From contig DAOOON010000013.1 in NCBI GenBank assembly GCA_035387745.1, forward strand, positions 1-18,861: a stretch of DNA of 18,861 nt, given 5' to 3'. Origin of the DNA: an archaeon. Its GTDB lineage: Archaea > Iainarchaeota > Iainarchaeia > Iainarchaeales > CSSED10-239. A program made the position numbers and the translations under genes. This document shows, in pieces, positions 14,702 to 18,861 of this stretch; within the stretch, counting starts at the first letter, position 1, and every line of letters starts with the position of its first letter. The notes under the pieces were generated by a model, which was given only the letters and a program-made list of their open reading frames with translations, ran no database searches and was not told the origin of the DNA.

Positions 14702-15073
14702 ATGGAAAAATGGAAAATAAAAACCAAAGTGCTTTTATCAATCATGGAACTAGCAAAAGCGTCTTTTCCAAATGAGTTTAGTGGAATGCTTGTTGGCGAT
14801 AAGGACAAAAAACTAATTGATGACATCTATATTATTCCAGCAACTCACAGTAGCAGAAATTCATCAACTATACGTCTTGATCTTGTGCCAATGTCTATGT
14901 CTGTGATAGGCTCAGTTCATTCCCACCCTTCAAGTAATGCCAATCCTTCAAGAGCGGATCTAAGATTATTTTCCACAAAAGACATAAATATCATTGCCCA
15001 CCATCCTTATGCGGCAAATTGCTTTTCTGCCTTTAATAGTAAAGGTCAAGAAATCTCTCTTGAGATTATCTAA
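14702..15073 (+). CDS. minimal stand-alone JAMM/MPN+ zinc metalloprotease (AfJAMM-like)
   Basis: Intact JAMM motif: upstream Glu (FPNEFSGML), then HSHPSSNANPSRAD, which fits H-x-H-x7-S-x2-D. The ATG at 14702 is preceded by AGGTGA (14691-14696), which overlaps the upstream stop. The track's GTG at 14693 lies inside that SD. Confidence 0.8.
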   Translation: MEKWKIKTKVLLSIMELAKASFPNEFSGMLVGDKDKKLIDDIYIIPATHSSRNSSTIRLDLVPMSMSVIGSVHSHPSSNANPSRADLRLFSTKDINIIAHHPYAANCFSAFNSKGQEISLEII

Positions 15074-15106
15074 TTTTCCCTCAAAATAGGCCCAAAAAAA
15101 CAAAAA

Positions 15107-15200
15107 TTTATAAAGCAATTGGCAAAAAGCATTTATTACTTTTGTAGCATTAATCTATTTAGAGCAAAGGGAATAGTAATTTTCTCTTGCGCGAATTACT
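15107..15200 (+). promoter_or_regulatory. candidate promoter (TTTATAAA, 15107-15114) and leader inverted repeat (AGTAATT-N12-AATTACT, 15175-15200) upstream of grpE
   Basis: Seen directly in the 153-nt spacer before grpE. The 7-bp arms flank the only GC-rich patch (ttgcgcg) in the spacer. Function untested. Confidence 0.25.
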
Positions 15201-15226
15201 AAAAATTAAAAAATTAAGGTATATCT

Positions 15227-17555
<2,329 letters not shown>

Positions 17556-17574
17556 ACCAATGAGTTGATGAATT

Positions 17575-18717
17575 TTGGCAAAAGACCTTTATGAAATATT
17601 AGGAGTTAAGAAAAGTTCTTCTCAAGAGGAACTAAAGCTTGCATATAAGCAGCTTGTAAAAAAATATCATCCTGATATTTCTAAAGAGCCAAATGCTGAG
17701 GAGAAATTAAAAGAAATAACTCATGCTTATTCTATTCTAAGTGATGAAAATAAAAGAAAGCAATATGATATGGTTGGTGAGAGCTCATACAACGGCACAG
17801 GCGGTTTTAATTATTCTAATTTTTCAGAAGATGATTTTGAGTTTGATCTTTCTGATATTTTTTCTAGGTTTGGTTTTTCAAGAGAAGATATCTTTGGAGA
17901 TTTCTCTGGCTTTAGAAACATGAGAGGGCAAGGCAAAAGACAAGAATGGGCAGAACTAGATTTAAAGACAAGAATTACTATTGATTTTGTTACAGCAGTT
18001 AAAGGCGGTAAGCAGGAAATAAAGTTAGATAAGGATATTGTGTGTGTTGCTTGTGATGGCACTGGTTCAAAGTCAAAAGCAAGAAAAACTTGTGAAAACT
18101 GTGGCGGCAGAGGCCGGGTTATGCTAAGACGCCAGACGCCTTTTGGTCTTTTTGCAATTGAGCAGCTTTGTTCTAAGTGTCAAGGTCACGGAACAATCCT
18201 TTCTGATCCTTGTAAGGTTTGTGTTGGCAAAGGCTACGTAAAAAAAACAACAGACATTACTTTGGATATTCCTGCAGGCGTTAACAATGGCGATGTTGTA
18301 AGACTAAGAGGTGCAGGAAATGTTCATGAGGGAAAAGCAGGCGATTTATTTATTCAAGTGTTTGTTAAGGAGCATGATTTTTTTAAAAGACTTGGTTATG
18401 ATTTATATTGCGAGATTCCAATAATCTATAGTGATTTAGTTCTTGGAACAAAGATTAAGATTAAAGGAATTCAAGATACAATTAATTTAACAATTCCAAT
18501 AGGCACAAGACCAGAAACTACTTTTAAAGTTTCAGGAAAAGGCGTTCCTGATCCAAACAGAAGAGGTGTTCATGGTTCTTTGTTTGTTAAAGTAATCCTT
18601 GCAGAACCAATTGACGTTAACAGGGAATACAAGCAGCTTCTAGAGAAGCTTGCAAGTATTGACAACAAAACAAAAAAGAAAATCCAAGATAAATTTAAAG
18701 ATTATATTTCTTTCTAG
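17575..18717 (+). CDS. dnaJ: Hsp40 co-chaperone DnaJ (type I: J domain, G/F region, four CxxCxGxG zinc-finger repeats)
   Basis: (M)AKDLYEILGV...KKYHPD (HPD motif), and a G/F-rich linker. The zinc-finger repeats are CVACDGTG, CENCGGRG, CSKCQGHG and CKVCVGKG. The start is a TTG at 17575, because the canonical AKD.YEILGV N-terminus follows directly and there is no in-frame ATG upstream. Confidence 0.9.
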   Translation: MAKDLYEILGVKKSSSQEELKLAYKQLVKKYHPDISKEPNAEEKLKEITHAYSILSDENKRKQYDMVGESSYNGTGGFNYSNFSEDDFEFDLSDIFSRFGFSREDIFGDFSGFRNMRGQGKRQEWAELDLKTRITIDFVTAVKGGKQEIKLDKDIVCVACDGTGSKSKARKTCENCGGRGRVMLRRQTPFGLFAIEQLCSKCQGHGTILSDPCKVCVGKGYVKKTTDITLDIPAGVNNGDVVRLRGAGNVHEGKAGDLFIQVFVKEHDFFKRLGYDLYCEIPIIYSDLVLGTKIKIKGIQDTINLTIPIGTRPETTFKVSGKGVPDPNRRGVHGSLFVKVILAEPIDVNREYKQLLEKLASIDNKTKKKIQDKFKDYISF

Positions 18718-18861
18718 AAATATTCAGATAACGATTTCTGCATTCTTGCTTCTTTGTCTGAGAAAAGAGAGTTAATTTCGTCTTCACTAATATTTAGTCT
18801 TTGAAGAAGATGTGGATTTAGCTCATAGTCTATTACTAGGTTCTTTGCTACTTCAAGATAT
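18714..18861 (-). CDS. C-terminal 48 codons of an unidentified convergent ORF (partial; 5' end beyond the right window edge)
   Basis: My minus-strand translation: ...YLEVAKNLVIDYELNPHLLQRLNISEDEINSLFSDKEARMQKSLSEYF*. Its stop (complement of 18714-16) overlaps the dnaJ stop (18715-17) within a CTAG palindrome. No family recognised. Confidence 0.4.
   Translation of the reverse strand, partial: YLEVAKNLVIDYELNPHLLQRLNISEDEINSLFSDKEARMQKSLSEYF

Noticed and set aside
15141-15170. Possible CIRCE-like element (ttgtagcattaatctatttagagcaa) upstream of grpE
   Set aside because: The arms are not reverse complements of each other and do not match TTAGCACTC-N9-GAGTGCTAA. No hrcA gene is present in the window.

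Overview
This is a visibly AT-rich, tightly packed archaeal window with no rRNA, tRNA, CRISPR array or transposase that I can see. All calls come from reading motifs by eye; I ran no searches. The archaeal assignment rests on an RFC small subunit, an archaeal-type MiaB-like methylthiotransferase and class III signal peptides. The style fits a small-genome, possibly DPANN-like lineage, but that is inference only.

Genes left of ~4124-4229 are on the minus strand:
- a partial topoisomerase IA that is missing from the ORF track because it runs off the window edge
- an Lrp/AsnC regulator
- two small membrane proteins
- a radical-SAM tRNA methylthiotransferase

Genes right of that point are on the plus strand, except a partial convergent minus-strand ORF at the right edge (18714-18861):
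- rfcS
- a roughly 7.3 kb block (5203-12527) that I read as a complete Epd/Tad-like archaeal type IV pilus module
- three membrane or secreted proteins: a polytopic protein with a polylysine tail, a membrane-anchored OB-fold-like protein, and a translationally coupled 387-aa polytopic protein
- a minimal JAMM/MPN metalloprotease
- a bacterial-type grpE-dnaK-dnaJ operon

The pilus module contains a FlaI/TadA-family ATPase, a platform split into two single-T2SSF-domain genes, six prepilins and an A24 prepilin peptidase. All six prepilins share a [KR][GA]|Q-x-[SA]-x-E processing motif. One of them is a 59-aa ORF below the track cutoff.

The most interesting signals are the self-contained pilus module with Flp-sized pilins, and the secreted OB-fold plus membrane-protein pair just downstream. 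That pair could be a nucleic-acid-binding or uptake accessory, which is speculative. Several ORF-track starts (TTG/GTG extensions) are probably too long; I give corrected starts based on Shine-Dalgarno-like GGTGA/GGAGG motifs and the stops of neighbouring genes.
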